The position numbers were made by a program, and so were the translations under genes. The notes under the pieces are model-generated. The model saw only the letters and a list, made by a program, of their open reading frames with translations, did not search any database and had not been told where the DNA came from. Positions 40,493-53,133 of a DNA stretch of 64,000 nucleotides are shown here, in pieces. The first letter of the stretch is position 1, and each line of letters begins with the position of its first letter. The stretch lies in assembly GCF_009834535.1 (NCBI RefSeq), contig NC_045698.1, forward strand, positions 7,070,001-7,134,000. Direction: 5' to 3'. The DNA comes from Camelus ferus (lineage: Eukaryota).

Positions 40493-42242
40493 TCTTTGCT
40501 GTTTTATTATTCACTCCATATACCCTATGGCCATGATTCCAAATCAGATGACTCCTGCTCCCTGGTTTGGGATGATGACTTAGTGACTATTCCATGGGTC
40601 CCCCCACCTTCCCAATAAGCTAACTTTACCCAAGATTTACAAAGATCAAAGCCTGTCCTGCTCCCAGGACTTTGTAGAAGTTGGGGTTCATGGTGTTGGC
40701 ACCTGACTCCCCATCCTTTTCTATCTCTTCATTCACTAAAAACAAAAGGGTTTGCTAAGGAGATCTACCGTGCCTTTTCCAAAGAGGAAATGTTCTCTGC
40801 AGCAGAGATAATAATCCAGTGCCAGTGATGGGGGTGGGAGGGATGCTTTGAAAACCTCTCCAGTTAGTTGTGATTTATTATACAGACGCCAGGCCCCCCA
40901 GATCACGTGGATTCATGGAACTCTCTGTGGTGCCCTGGATCTATAAACCAGTGAACAGACATTACATCTAACCACAGGAATCATCTCCCCATCTCTGGTG
41001 GCTGCAGTGTGGGCAACATTCTTCATTTAATATGCCATTTAGAAGCAATAAGTGACTGAGGTAAGGAGGAGACACCGTTTCATTATAGGGTAACTCTTGC
41101 TCAGATGAACTAGATTCAGTGGAAATTAAAGCCATAGGAGATTGTGTGTTTGGATCCATGACAAATCTGAAAAATTAACACAAAATATTGTGTCTAGTCA
41201 TTACACTTCTTTGAGCAGGCAGGTTACCATCTTTCTCAATGATAATGACTTTTTCCATAAGGATATAGACTTGGACTGCGTGCATTACTGCCTTACTAGT
41301 AAATAATATTTGATACTATGGTGCAGATTTTCTTAATAAAGCTAAAGATTTTGAACCTGAAACAGCCCTTGAAAACAGAACTTCCCAAGTGGGGGGGCCA
41401 CAGCTCAGTGGCATTTGGCAGATGGGTTAAAGGTGGTTGTGGGGCCGGATCCCCTCAGTCCCAGAACACGCAGAGCCCAGACCCCTCACCCTGGCCATGG
41501 GCAGCCGCCTCCAACTACCTCAGTGCCTGTACAAGCGCTGTCACCTTCTGCATTCGCCATGATGTGGAAAGAGCTTACGAAGCACTGTTGCAATATAACA
41601 TAAGCCGAGGAAATTCCCATGTCAATTGTATAGAAAACAGAAATGCTCTTAAGCAAATTGTCAAAGCTAAGACGCTCCCAATAGGCAGTAGGTTTTCCTG
41701 TTTCCCTCCTTGCAGCAGGCACGCTAAGACTGCCTGCCTTAGGCTGTCCAGGGCCTGGAACGACGGTTAGAGGGCCTTCCCCCACTTGATGGACGCTCAT
41801 TGTTTTGTCTTCCCGTCACTCCTCCACGCTTCCACTGAGAAAGTTCTTCCTTTATTCTGGAAGATGCTTCCCCTCACTCCAACCACATGTTTCCAGGGGG
41901 GGATGTCAACTGCCTACAGACCCCACCTCCTGTCCGTGCTGACTGTTCCGCAGAGGGTACCTAACCCACAATGGGCAAATCCAGGGCCTCCCTGGCCAAC
42001 CTGAGCCTGGTCCCGGGGTGGGGGAGTGGACGGGGAGGGCAGACACATGACAGGGAGGCTCGGGCTGTCGGAGGGGCCTCCCCACCGCGTGACAGCAACA
42101 ATGTGACAGACGGGAGTCGGGGATTCTGTAGGAAGCAAAGAGAGTTAAAAAGACAGTCAGACCTGGAGACCCAGCTGCATCTCAGTCTTCTCATGGTGAC
42201 ATGAGGTTGCCAGTGATTTTTTTCCCTGTTTCCTAGGTCTTT

Positions 42243-42402
42243 GCTACTCAAAGCGTGGTCCTAAGCGCATCAGCTTTAGGACCTCCTGGAAGCCTGTTAG
42301 AAATGCAGAATCTCAGCCCAACCTCAGGCCCAGTGGACCAGACACTGCATTTTAACAAGATCCCCAGGTGGCTGGGCACACGCTGAAGTCCGAGAAGCCC
42401 CA
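42243..42402. mobile_element. MER5A MITE
   Basis: gctactcaaagcgtggtcc...cctggaagcctgttagaaatgcagaatctcagcccaacctcagg...tgcattttaacaagatccccaggtg. Confidence 0.85.
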
Positions 42403-42719
42403 GCCTGGCCACTTCAGGGTGGGCCTCCCTGTCACTAGGTGACCCACTGGTACACTCTGACACCCGGAGCCTTTGTGTAAACCCTGTAGGTGCTTGGACA
42501 CCCGCGTGGGAAATTAAAAAGACCTCCTCCTAGGCACCAAAAGGGTTCTTGGGCCTCACCTCAATCATGGACAATGGCCCTTCATGGAGAGAACAGGCCT
42601 GAGCGGCCGCAGGCACAGGGCAGGCCTGGGGCGAGGAGAGCGAGGCACCGGAGGCTGTGGGTTTAAGGACGCGCTCGCTCTGGGGTCTTTCAAGTGCAGA
42701 GTTGGCACTTGCCTGACCC

Positions 42720-43890
42720 TGAGAGTAAATGCTGCCTTGAGACTGAGCACCTGTGTGTTGCCGGTAGGCGTGTAAAACGGTGCCGCCCCGCGGGAAGCCG
42801 TTCAGTGGGTCCTCAAAAAGTTACACGGAAAATTACCATACGACCCAGAAATTCCACTTCTAGGTCTATCCCCCCCAAAACTGACACCTGGCGCTGAAAT
42901 AAATACACACACACACAAACACACACACACATATTCACAGCGACAGTAGTCCCAATAGCAGAAGGCAGGAACAGCCCAAATGTCCGACATGGGAAGAACA
43001 GGTAAACCAAACGCGGCAGAGCTACACGAAGCAGCCGTCCTCAGCCCCAGACAGGCAGGGGGCACGGCACCCCTCGCTCTGCTGTGCGTCACCTTCTGCC
43101 TTTCGCAGATACCGGGTTTCCTACAAACCGAAGGTTTGTGGCATCCCCGTGTCGAGCAAGCCCATCAGCACCACTTCCCCAGCAGCGTTTACTCACTTTG
43201 TGTCTCTGTGTCACACTTTGGCAATTTTCTCAATATTCACACTTCTCCATTATTATTATGGTTGTTACGGTGGCCTGTGATCGGTGATCATTGATGTTAC
43301 AACTCGCTGAAGGCTCGGATGACGCTTAGCATTTTTCACAATAAAGTATTTTTTCGTTGAAGTATGCACCTTTTTTTTAGACATAGTGCTATTGCATACA
43401 TTATTATACGATAGTATAATTACAGTGTAGATTATCTATACTGCAAACATAACTTTTATATGCCCTGGGAAACCAAAACCCTTGTGTGCCTCACTTTGCT
43501 GTGACAGTCACATTTTGTGGTGTTCTGGAACCAGATCCCCAATATCTCTGAGGTCTGCCTGTACTGATACACGGCACACTGTGGATGAACTTCAAAAACG
43601 TTATGCTGAGAGAAAGGACACTGACACAACAGTTTGTATGACTCCAATTACATGAAATGTCAAGAAGAGGTAAATCCATAGAGAAAGAAAGCAGACTGGG
43701 GGATGCTAGCAGCAGGGGAGAAGGGGTGGGAGCCACAGCTTAATATGCAAGGTTAGGGTGTGAATGTTTTGGAACAAGACAGAGGTGGTGGTTGCCCGGC
43801 ACCATGAATATACTAAATGCCCCGGAACTGTTCACTTTAAAATGGTTCACTTTATGTTATGTGAATCTCACATCCATTTTTAAAAATGAA
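42720..43890 (+). mobile_element. L1MB-like 3' end interrupted by a Tigger1 derivative
   Basis: cctcaaaaagttac...ttaccatacgacccagaaattccacttctagg before the Tigger; tactgatacac...tggatgaacttcaaaaacgttatgct...ttcactttaaaatggtt...ttatgttatgtgaa after it. Confidence 0.8.
43062..43561 (+). mobile_element. Internally deleted Tigger1 (Tigger1a_Art-like)
   Basis: Tigger1 5' arm (gaaggtttgtggca...gtcgagcaag...gtgtctctgtgtcacactttgg) fused to 3' arm (gctgaaggctcggatga...aatatctctgaggtctgcctg) followed by TA. Confidence 0.85.
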
Positions 43891-45194
43891 AATAATAAAA
43901 GAACTGTCAACAACAACAAAAATTAAGTGAGGCAGCTGGCATAAGACCAATCTAATGATAACACCCACGGCACGATCCCCAAGCAAGATCCAGCCCCACA
44001 GAGTCCAAGTTTGTCTTTCCACACCTTCCCGTGACCGCAGAGCTTTGTAGCATCTGATTTCTGCAAAATATCACAACTATGTGTGTACGCCACTGCTACA
44101 CTCCCTGCCACTTCCGAGAGGCTGATAGCGGTAGAAGGTGTGTCCTCAAAGAGAGAGCTGGGAAGGAAGTGAAGAGGGAAAAATAAACCGGGATCTTTAC
44201 TTCCACGTAGAGATCAACCTTGTGTTTAATCAAATAAAAAAAAGTGAAACCTATTTGTTGTCAAATATTCAGAGAAAAGCCAGTGGAGAGCTTTGCAGCA
44301 GGAAGATAGGGCCAGGCTGGCAGGATCGTGGGAACCACCATTTATCATTTCTGAGTAATTTCCATTTCCAGCCTGCTTTACAATCATTTATGCACCGCTT
44401 GAAACTGGACTGATAGTGGCTTATTTGTTATTCTGAGGAAGGAAACAAAGGCATGGAAAGGTCGGCGTGACTTGCTGAAACAACAGACCAAGAACTAGAA
44501 CTCGGAACCCTGAGCGGCAAGGTCCTGGGCCCCGTTTGCCTTTCTCCAGCTGGGACTGTCTTGTGGGTGATGTTCCCAGGAGCCGACGGAGCTGCGTCAC
44601 AGAACTTGGGGGAATCAGCTGTCTGCGTGGATTTTTCTTTCTCCCTGTCTGCAGGCTTCCCCCTCACCTGCCTGCAAAGTGATGCTAAGACAAGTCTTCA
44701 GTATCTCTTCCGGCATCTTTCCTGACTCCCCAGGCCCTCCGCCCTCCCGCGCATCCTGGCCTCCCATCACCGATGGTGTTTCCCTCCTCCTAACGTGGAG
44801 AGTCCCTGCTCACCTCGACACTCCTACCTCTGCTCGGCACATCTCCGCCCACCCAAACCCTCCTCATCCCAACAGCAGGGATGAGGACGTGGCACCAGAC
44901 ACGGGGCCAAGGACTTCATTAAGTCCTTGAGTAGCTGCTTCTGTCACGGGATCCGTTTGAGCCTCAGCTCCGGCGAGGCCCACAGACAACAGAAACACAA
45001 ACTAACCCACCGCCTCTGAGATAAACCCGACAGTTCCACAGCCTCAGTCCCCAAACCGGCCTGTGATCCGCGACACAACTCACCTGTAAGTGCAAACAAG
45101 GTCAAGCCAAGAGACCTCCCACGGCCACCCAAGAGAAAAAGGAGATTTCGGATCTTTTAAACTATCCCCAAACAGCTGCACCTCTTCTAAGAGG

Positions 45195-45627
45195 CTGTAT
45201 GATTTTCCCACGGTGGCCAACACAAATGACAACCACCTGAGTGGCTGGAAACAACATAGTCCTCTCATAGTCCTGGAGGCCAGGCATCCAAAATTAAGAT
45301 GTCAGCGGGGTCGTGCACCAGCTAGAGGTCTGGAGAGAATCCTTCTTTGCCTCTCCCTGGCATGTGACGGTGTTGCCAGCAGCCCTTAGCACTCCTGGCT
45401 CATAGATGTGTCCCTCCAGTCTCTGCCCCCATCATCCCACGGCCTTCTCCCTGCGTGTCTGGGCACCCACTTTCTCTTCTTATAAGGACACCAGCCACTG
45501 GGCGTCCCTGCTCCAGCCCTACTCCAGTGAGACCTCATCATAACTATCTGCAAATTTCCAAATAAGGTCACCTTCTGAGGCTCTGGGTGGACATGAACTT
45601 GGAGGGGACACGATTCAACCCAGTACA
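45195..45627 (-). mobile_element. MaLR LTR, MLT1C-like
   Basis: tgtatgattttccc...ctggaggccagg...ttcttataaggacaccagcc...ttccaaataaggtcaccttctgagg...gattcaacccagtaca. Confidence 0.85.
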
Positions 45628-47070
45628 GAGGGGAAGGTGAGCGGCAGGAAAAAAGGATTGCGACTAGGATGGACAGAAGGGTGATTCCAGTTTCTATAGC
45701 TTCATTTCCTCAGCTGCTAAGACTCCCCCAGGAGAACCCCCCTCGACATCCTGAGTGACGTCTGGGCCTTTGCTGTGTCAGCCCTCCATCCTCTGCTGTC
45801 CAAGGATGAGTGGCTGCCTTGGGTCACTGGCTTCCTTCCATCCTGAAGGAATCCCCCAGCCCCTGCCCTCCTCACCTAGGTGTTCAGTTTGCAGAGATGG
45901 ATATTAAATCAGACTTTCATCTGGTTCATTACATTTTGATGATTTTTGAGCTACTGGGATTTTCAGCTGGAAAGAAAATACTTTGATACAGCAACGCCCA
46001 CAGGATGGCTCGAGGCCAAGCTGTGTTAAAGGACACTTGGAGCGTCCTGGGAGGTGGTGGAGTGTGAGTCCGTGTACAGATATGTCACCTAAAACCCACT
46101 TGTTGACTCACTAGTTAGCCCAGAGGGAGATGTAGTTGAGTGGAAGAGTTTTAATCAGAATTCTGGTATAAAGTAACAGGCCCCAAAGGAAAGAAAGCCT
46201 TTGAGTACCTGCACTGCGTTCCTCTGATTCAGCGCGGCTTGTTTTAATGCAAAGTTTAATGCAAAGTTAAGAGGGAAGAGGCAACAGAGCGGTGACATGC
46301 ATAAATCACTGGTTGCAAATTTACCAACGTGATTCAAGGGGAGAGCTTTGACTGGGCTGGCTTGGGCTGTTTCAGAGGCTTCTGCTCTTTTTTCACTGAT
46401 TCTTCTTAATAGGATGGCCACTGCATCTCCCAGTCTGTGGTCTAGCCTAGAGCACACCCTCACCGCTGCTGATTTGATGTCGTATCTGCACACACATCTT
46501 TTCCCTTGTCTGCCATCATCTTTATGCTTGATGCTGTCCTGAGTCTGATTCCCTTTTTGTCTCTTACAGCCCTCAACAGAGTTCCTGCCATGGTGCCTTA
46601 CTCCCAGCAGGGGCTGAGTAAATGGGGTGCAATGAACAGACGGGATATGATCTGCTGGTGGGGCTGTATTCAGGAACAGAAAACAATATTCAGCGTGCAC
46701 TGGATTCACAAATAGTGACAAGTGATGGATGTTGGGCAGCAGAGAGGATGCAGAGAAAAGAGGTGCCGTTGAGATGCAGGTTTCGTCTCTCTCTCCCAGC
46801 TCTGGCCACCAGCTGAGCTGTGCAGCCCTCAGCTCTTTCTCAGCCTGCAGGACCTCTTCAGTGTTTCTGAGGGCGACTACCAGAAGTGAATGCCTCGTAA
46901 GAGCCAGGAGAACAAACCCCAAGCCAGGCTGCCAACGTGAGCAGAACTAGATAAAAAGGAAGCTAAGGCATGCAGCCAAAAGTGATGGAGCCCAGATACA
47001 GGGCGCAAAGCAGATGGGAGGTAAGCCGGGAGGAGCTCAGGACTGCTCACAAGCAGACACACCCCAACCG

Positions 47071-47484
47071 CCTGTGGGTCACTGAGCCCACCCCTCCTCC
47101 TCCGATTCATATATTAGAGTCCCAGTCCCCAGCAGCTCAGAATGTGACCTTATTTGGAGACAGAGTCCTTACAGAGGTAATCAAGTTAAAGTGAGATCAT
47201 CAGGGTGGCCTTGATCCAGTACGACTGGTGTCCCTATAAAAGGGGGAAATTCGGACACAGAAACACACAGAGGGGAGATGATGTGAATAAACAGAAGACG
47301 GCCGTCTACAAGCCACGGAGAGAGGCCTGGAAGAACAGACGCTTCCCTCACGGCCCTCAGAAAGAACCAACCCTGCAGACACCTTGATCTCAGAGTTTGG
47401 CCCCTGAAACTGTGAGACAATGAAGTTCTGTTGTTTAAGCCCCCAGCGTGTGGCACTTCGTCACGGCAGCCCAAGCACACTAAC
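47071..47484 (+). mobile_element. MaLR LTR, MLT1B-like
   Basis: ctcagaatgtgaccttatttggagacagagtc...gactggtgtccctataaaaggggg...accttgatctcaga...aactgtgagacaat...ttgtttaagcccccag. Confidence 0.85.
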
Positions 47485-47969
47485 AGGCCTGTGATGCCTG
47501 TCCCTGCAGCCCCTGCTCAACTTACAAGGCACATGGGGGGCACTTAGGGGGCCTTTGAAAATGAGACCCAGGCCCCACCAGCCTCCAACACGTCCCTCTG
47601 GCGGTTCTATTGTCAGTCTCCATTAGTGATGCTAATTTTAACCATTTGTATCTTAAGAAATGTGGTGCAGCAAAAACTGCCTGGTAATTCAGCAATATCA
47701 ACCAAACTTTTTTCATGTGACTGTTTTTTGATCCAGTAATTCCACGTCCAAGGATCTAGAAAATTTCCCCCCAAAATAATGACACCAGTGCTCAGAGCCG
47801 TGCATAAGGATGTTTCCTGCAGCATTTTTCTGTTCCTTGTTTGTTTATTCTTAATTTTTATTTGAAAATAATTCAAACTTACAGAAAAGTGGCAATAATG
47901 AAAATAGTACGTAGCATGCTCATGTACCACTTACCCGGAATCTCTCACTGTTAACATTTTGCTTCATTT

Positions 47970-48421
47970 TACCTAAGTAGAGTTGATGTGAAATATTGTG
48001 TAAGTTTCCAGTGTACAGCAAAGTGATTCCGTTTTTTTTCAATTCTTTTCCATTATAGATTATTACAAGATATTAAATATAGTTCCCTGTGCTATATAGT
48101 AAATCCTTGTTGTTTATCTATTTTATACATGGTAGTGTGTATCTATTAATCCCATACTCCCAATTTATCCCTCCCTCCTCTTCCCCTTTGGTAACCATAA
48201 TTTATTTTCTATGTCTATGACTCTGTTTCTGTTTTGTAAATAAGTTCATTTGTACTATTTTTTAGATTCCACATATAAGTGTTATCGTATAATATTTGTC
48301 TTTCTCTGTCTGACTTATTTCACTTAGCATGATAATCTATAGGTTCGTAAATGTTGCTACATATGGCATTAATTCACCCTTCCTTGTAACTAATATTCCA
48401 GTATATATGTATAATATACAC

Positions 48422-48452
<31 letters not shown>

Positions 48453-49532
48453 CAAACAGACACACACACACACACACATATATATACACACATCACATGT
48501 TCTTTATCCATTAATCTGTGGATGGACACTTAGGTTGTTTCCATGTCATGGCAATTGCAAATAGTGCTGCCATGAACACTGGTGTGCATGTATCTTTTCA
48601 AATTAGAGTTTTGGTCTTTTCCAGATACATGCCCAGGAGTGGGATTGCTGGATCATATGGTAACTCTACTTTCAGTTTTTTAAGGAACCTCCATACTGTT
48701 CTCTATAGTAGCTGCACCAAACTACATTTCCACCAACAGGGTAGGAGGGTTCTCTTTTCTCCACATCCTCTCCAGCATTTATTATTTGTAGACTTTTTGA
48801 TGATGGTCATTCTGACTGGTGTGAGGTGACACCTCATTGTAGTTTTGATTTGCATTTCTCTAACAATTAGCGATGTTGAGCATCTTTTCATGTGCTTATT
48901 AGCCATCTGGATGTCTTCTTTGGAGAAACATCTACTTAGGTTTCCTGCCCATTTTTTGATTGGATTGTTTGGGGGGGTTTTTGTTATTGAGTTGTTTGAG
49001 CTATTTGTATATTTTGGAAATTAGTCCCTTGTCAGTCACATCATTTGCAAATATTTTCTCCCATTCTGTAAGTTGTTCTTTCATTTTTGTTTGTGGTTTT
49101 CTTTGCTGTGCAAAAGCTTGTAAGTTTAATAAGGTCTTGTTTGTTTATTTTTACTTTCATTTCTTTTGCCTTGGGAGACTGACCTAAGAAAATGTTGCTA
49201 TGATTTATGTCAGAGAATGTTCTGCCTATGTTCTCTTCTAGGAGTTTTATGGTGTCATGTCCTATATTTATGTCTTTAAGCCATTTTGAGTTTATTTTTA
49301 TGTAAGGTGTCGGGGAGTGTTCTAACTTCATTTATTTACATGCAGCTGTCCAGCTTTCCCAACACCACCTCCTGAAGAGGCTGTCTTTCTCTATTGTATA
49401 TTCTTGCCTCGTTTGTCAAAGATTAATTGATCATAGGTATATAGGCTTATTTCTGGGCTCTCTATTCTGTTCCATTGACCCATGTGTCTGTTTTTGTGCC
49501 AATCCCATGCTGTTTTGATTACTGTAGCTTTG
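47970..49532 (-). mobile_element. Young cetartiodactyl/camelid L1, 5'-truncated (~1.56 kb), with 11-bp TSD
   Basis: ORFs 49041..49331(-) ([16 protein letters not shown]) and 48703..48906(-) ([13 protein letters not shown]...HLTPVRM) are ORF2. TSD ttgcttcattt at 47959-47969 and 49533-49543. Contains a (TG)(TA)(CA) microsatellite at ~48420-48492. Confidence 0.93.
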
Positions 49533-49908
49533 TTGCTTCATTTGTTTTACAATCTTCAACTTTTTCTCTCTCAGCCTCTCTCAACCCTTTGAAAAAAGAC
49601 TGATCACATTATAGCTTTTTAATCCCAATGGCTTCAATGTGTATTTCCTAAATGTAAAGATACTGTCTTACATCATCACAACTATTATCAACCTCAGTAA
49701 ATGTATCATGGAAACAGTACTTTTATCCAATCTATCTTCCCTATTCCAGTTGTATCAATTGACCAAAACTAAATGTCCTTTGAGAATTTTTCCTCCACTA
49801 CAAAATACAGCTTAGCTCAGGAATTATACTTAGTTGCCATGATTTTTTAGTCTCTGTCAGTCTGTAACATTTCCCACAGCTTTTCTTTGTCTCTTATGAT
49901 ATTGACAC

Positions 49909-50252
49909 TGTTGTGGAATGAATGTTTGTGTCCTCCCAAAATTCATATGTTGAAATAAGAACCCCCAGGGTGACGGCCTGTGGGAGGTGATTAGGTCATG
50001 AGGGTGGAGCGCTCATGAGTGGGACTGGCACCCTCATAAAGAGCCCCCGCAGAGCTCTCTCATCTCTTCCCACCATGTGAGGACACAACAAGAGGTCTGA
50101 AGTCTGCAATTTGGAGAAGGGTTCTCACCAGAACATGATCATGCTGGCACCCTGGTCTCAGGCTTCCAGCCTCCAGAGCTGTGAGAAATAAATGTCTGTT
50201 GCTTAAGCTGCCCAGTTTATGGCATTTTGTTAAAGCAGCACAGACAAAAGCA
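49909..50252 (+). mobile_element. MaLR LTR, MLT1A-like
   Basis: tgaatgtttgtgtcctcccaaaattcatatgttgaaa...gattaggtcatgagggtggagc...ttccagcctccagagctgtgagaaataaat. Confidence 0.88.
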
Positions 50253-50719
50253 CACTTAAGGAATACAATTTATTTATAGTAGCCTCTCCTTCACCTGGGG
50301 TTTGTTCTATGGTCCCTCATGGCTGGATTCAGGTTGTGCTTTTCGAGGACATAACATGTCATGATTGACGCCAGTCCTTCCTGCTGGAAGCCCTTGTTAT
50401 CCATCTGCTTCTCACTGGGGATGTTCATTTTTATCTCCTGGTCACATTAATGTCCAATTTTTCCACTGTGTAGTTGCTATTTTTCCCCTTGTAAACAGCA
50501 GGCAGTCTGCAGGGAGACACTGTAAGACCATGCAAATATTTTGCTTCTCTTCAAAATTTCCTCCTCAGTTTAGCAACCATTGAGGACTTTTGCCTGAACC
50601 AATCTTTAATGGTTATAAGATGATAATCTTCCAACTCCAGCACGGCCTCCCCATTTATCCTGGCACTTAGCATTCTGCCAAGTCTACAAGTCTTAGTTCT
50701 TACAAGGGTGCCACAGAGT

Positions 50720-53050
50720 AAAGATAAACTTTCAAGAGTTCAGGGGCCTAGCACATCCTGGAAGGTCCTAGGGGTTCAGGGGTCAAGATTCCTTCTCTGT
50801 AACATAAGACAAGTTGCTGCCCTTGTGCTGCTCACCACGAAGAAAGAGGCACAATCTTTGCAGGCTTCTTTGGATTTGAGAGGCAAGATAAACCACATTT
50901 TGAAAATGCTTCTCCAGACTTATCACCCACAGAGTAACCCCATCAACCCAGATGGTGCCAGTTTCAAGCAGAGTCTGGAGCAAGGAAGGGCTCTGAGGAG
51001 GGCTGAGACTGCAGGGAGCATTGCCCTGGACTTGGACCTTGTGACCACTAGACCCAATGATACTGGAAGTGTCTGCAGCTAGTGGGTGCTATGTGAAGCC
51101 CCTTACGGGCTCCAACAGGAGTCCACAGCACAGGCCCCCAGGGTGCAGAAGTAAGATGCCACCTCCCTCTGCCAATAATCATCTCCACTGGGCAAGAGCT
51201 CCTTTCTTACCCGGCCCTGGTAGAAGCAGACAGACTAACCATAAGGCACAGACGCAATGTGAGCTCAAGTACCCATCAAGAACTGGATGTCTTATATACC
51301 AAACCACCAGGAAGCACAACTGGACGGGCACAAAAGCATTCCATTACAAAATGGAAATGGTGCCTGGAGATCATATCCAAGTAGATGTATAGGAAACACA
51401 GATGAACGGCAAGAGCAGGTGGTTTAGATCCCCAAGGTGCCTTCTTGGAGTGTCTGCTTGCCCACTCCATCATCCTGCACTATGGCCTCCTGGGGATTCC
51501 CTATGGCCAGTTAATGAAGGAGGAAAGAGTATGAGCTTGATTCAGGGATGGGATTGCACAGTCACCTGAACACCTTGGAAGAGGTGATTGCAGCACTCAG
51601 GAGCATCTCTGAAAGACAGTGGAAGGGAGCTCTTCTTTCAAATTAGATTCTCTGGGGGCACATCTGCTTTTCACGTAGAGGGGAAAATGGCTAAAGATGT
51701 GACTATACCCTGACTGGTCACCAGGGGCCAATGAGTTGGCCAACTAGTCAGGGGCTTTGAGAGAACAAAGTTGAAAAACTGGTAGTAATGAGGTTGAGGA
51801 GAGCTATGTGGAAGGACTTCTGAGAATGTGGACACATTCATATGCCATGCAAATGTCCACTGGTGGACAGTCACAGTGGAAGAGGCACTCTTCATCAGGT
51901 GGGCAAGAAGACTTGGGCATCAGGCCAGGATGGAAGTCACACATGGACTCAAAAGCCCAACTACATGGCTGCCTTCACCAAGTTAAATGTGGTCACAGCT
52001 GCTGCTGAGTATCCAGTCTTCCAACAGCAGAGGACAACACTGAGCCTCCACTATGGATCCATCCCCAGGGGACCAGCTGGTTACCTTGTCATGGGTGAAT
52101 TACACTGGACCCCTCTCCTTATAGAGGAGACAAGTCTTTGTCCTCATAGGGTAGCACATATTACAAGTATGAATTTTCTTTTCCTGCCCTCAACACTTCT
52201 GTCAGCCTCATCATTAATGGATTTACAGAATGCCTGAGCCAGCACCCTGGTGTCCCACATAGCATCCACTAAGGGACACCTACAATAAAGGAAGTGACTC
52301 AGTGGGATCATGCCTGTAGAGTTCCCTGGGCTTACCTATTGCCCAGAAGCAGTAGATAATAGGATGGGTCTGCTTAAAGCCCAATTATAACACCAGCTGG
52401 AAGCAAACATCCTATAAGGTTATAGGGTAGGATGCCTGCCTTAAAGTTGAAGAGTTAAACCAATGATCAATATATGGAGCAACCTTCCCCCAAAGCCAGG
52501 AGCACAAGCCAGAGAAACAAGGGGTAGAGACAGAAGTGTTTACTATTCTATCTCTTAACACCCTAGAAGATTTTCTTCCTGTGCCCATGACCTTGGGTTC
52601 AGTGAGCTTGGAGGTCCAGGGCCAAAGCAGAAAACATGCATGGTTCAGATCAACGGGAAGCCGAGACACTTTCTCCCCCATCTCCCATGAGTCTATTTTG
52701 GCCTCCTTACATCAGTGAGCCATTAGCTAGAGTAGGGGTCCAGTGGAAAGGGTGGGTGTCAAGTAATCTGAAGCCTAGAGGATCTGTTGGGATACCTCTT
52801 TGTTCTCCATTGCCCCACTTCCTGGCCAAAAAAAGACTGTGGAAATATCACCAAGATCTCATATCCTGCAAGAATGAAGGTGAGGGTCCTCTCACCAGTA
52901 AAGAATCCATCCAACACAGGGTTTGCACGTGACAAAGAGACTAAAGAGTAAATGGTGGGGAAAGACGTCCCTCTAGTCCTCCCAAGAAGCTACCAGGCTG
53001 GGAGGCGGGTGACAAACCTGGCTGCTGATCACTGTCCCACGTCTGTTTCT
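50720..53050 (+). mobile_element. Degraded ERVL-class (class III) internal region: pol RT-connection/RNase H/integrase remnants
   Basis: Frameshifted matches to recalled ERVL Pol: TTKKEAQ (ORF 50708), MILEVSAA...PPSANN (ORF 51057), cattccattacaaaatggaaatgg = HSITKWKW, AAAEYPVFQQQRTTLSLHYGSIPRG (ORF 51842), FLPVPMTLGSVSLEV (ORF 52536). Confidence 0.85.
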
Positions 53051-53133
53051 TTAAATAAAGGACATGGGCTTGGCCAACAATTTAGGTTTCACATGGAAAT
53101 ATGAGCAAACTAATTTCATTTTGCAATGGGAGT

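Larger units (their letters stand above)
47850..50690 (-). mobile_element. Old L1MC/L1MD-type 3' end, interrupted by a young L1 and MLT1A
   Basis: tttgaaaataattcaaacttacagaaaag...ttaacattttgcttcattt resumes after 49543 (gtgtatttcctaaa, cttacatcatcacaact, agttgccatg, ttagcaaccattga). Confidence 0.65.

Noticed and set aside
2772..41618. Several NF-kB-type sites (~2773, 16732, ~39021, ~41609)
   Set aside because: Widely dispersed; a few matches to this degenerate 10-mer are expected by chance in 64 kb on two strands.
46155..46922. Longest ORF (255 aa, minus strand)
   Set aside because: Non-ATG start, no recognisable domain and no exon structure; consistent with a chance frame.
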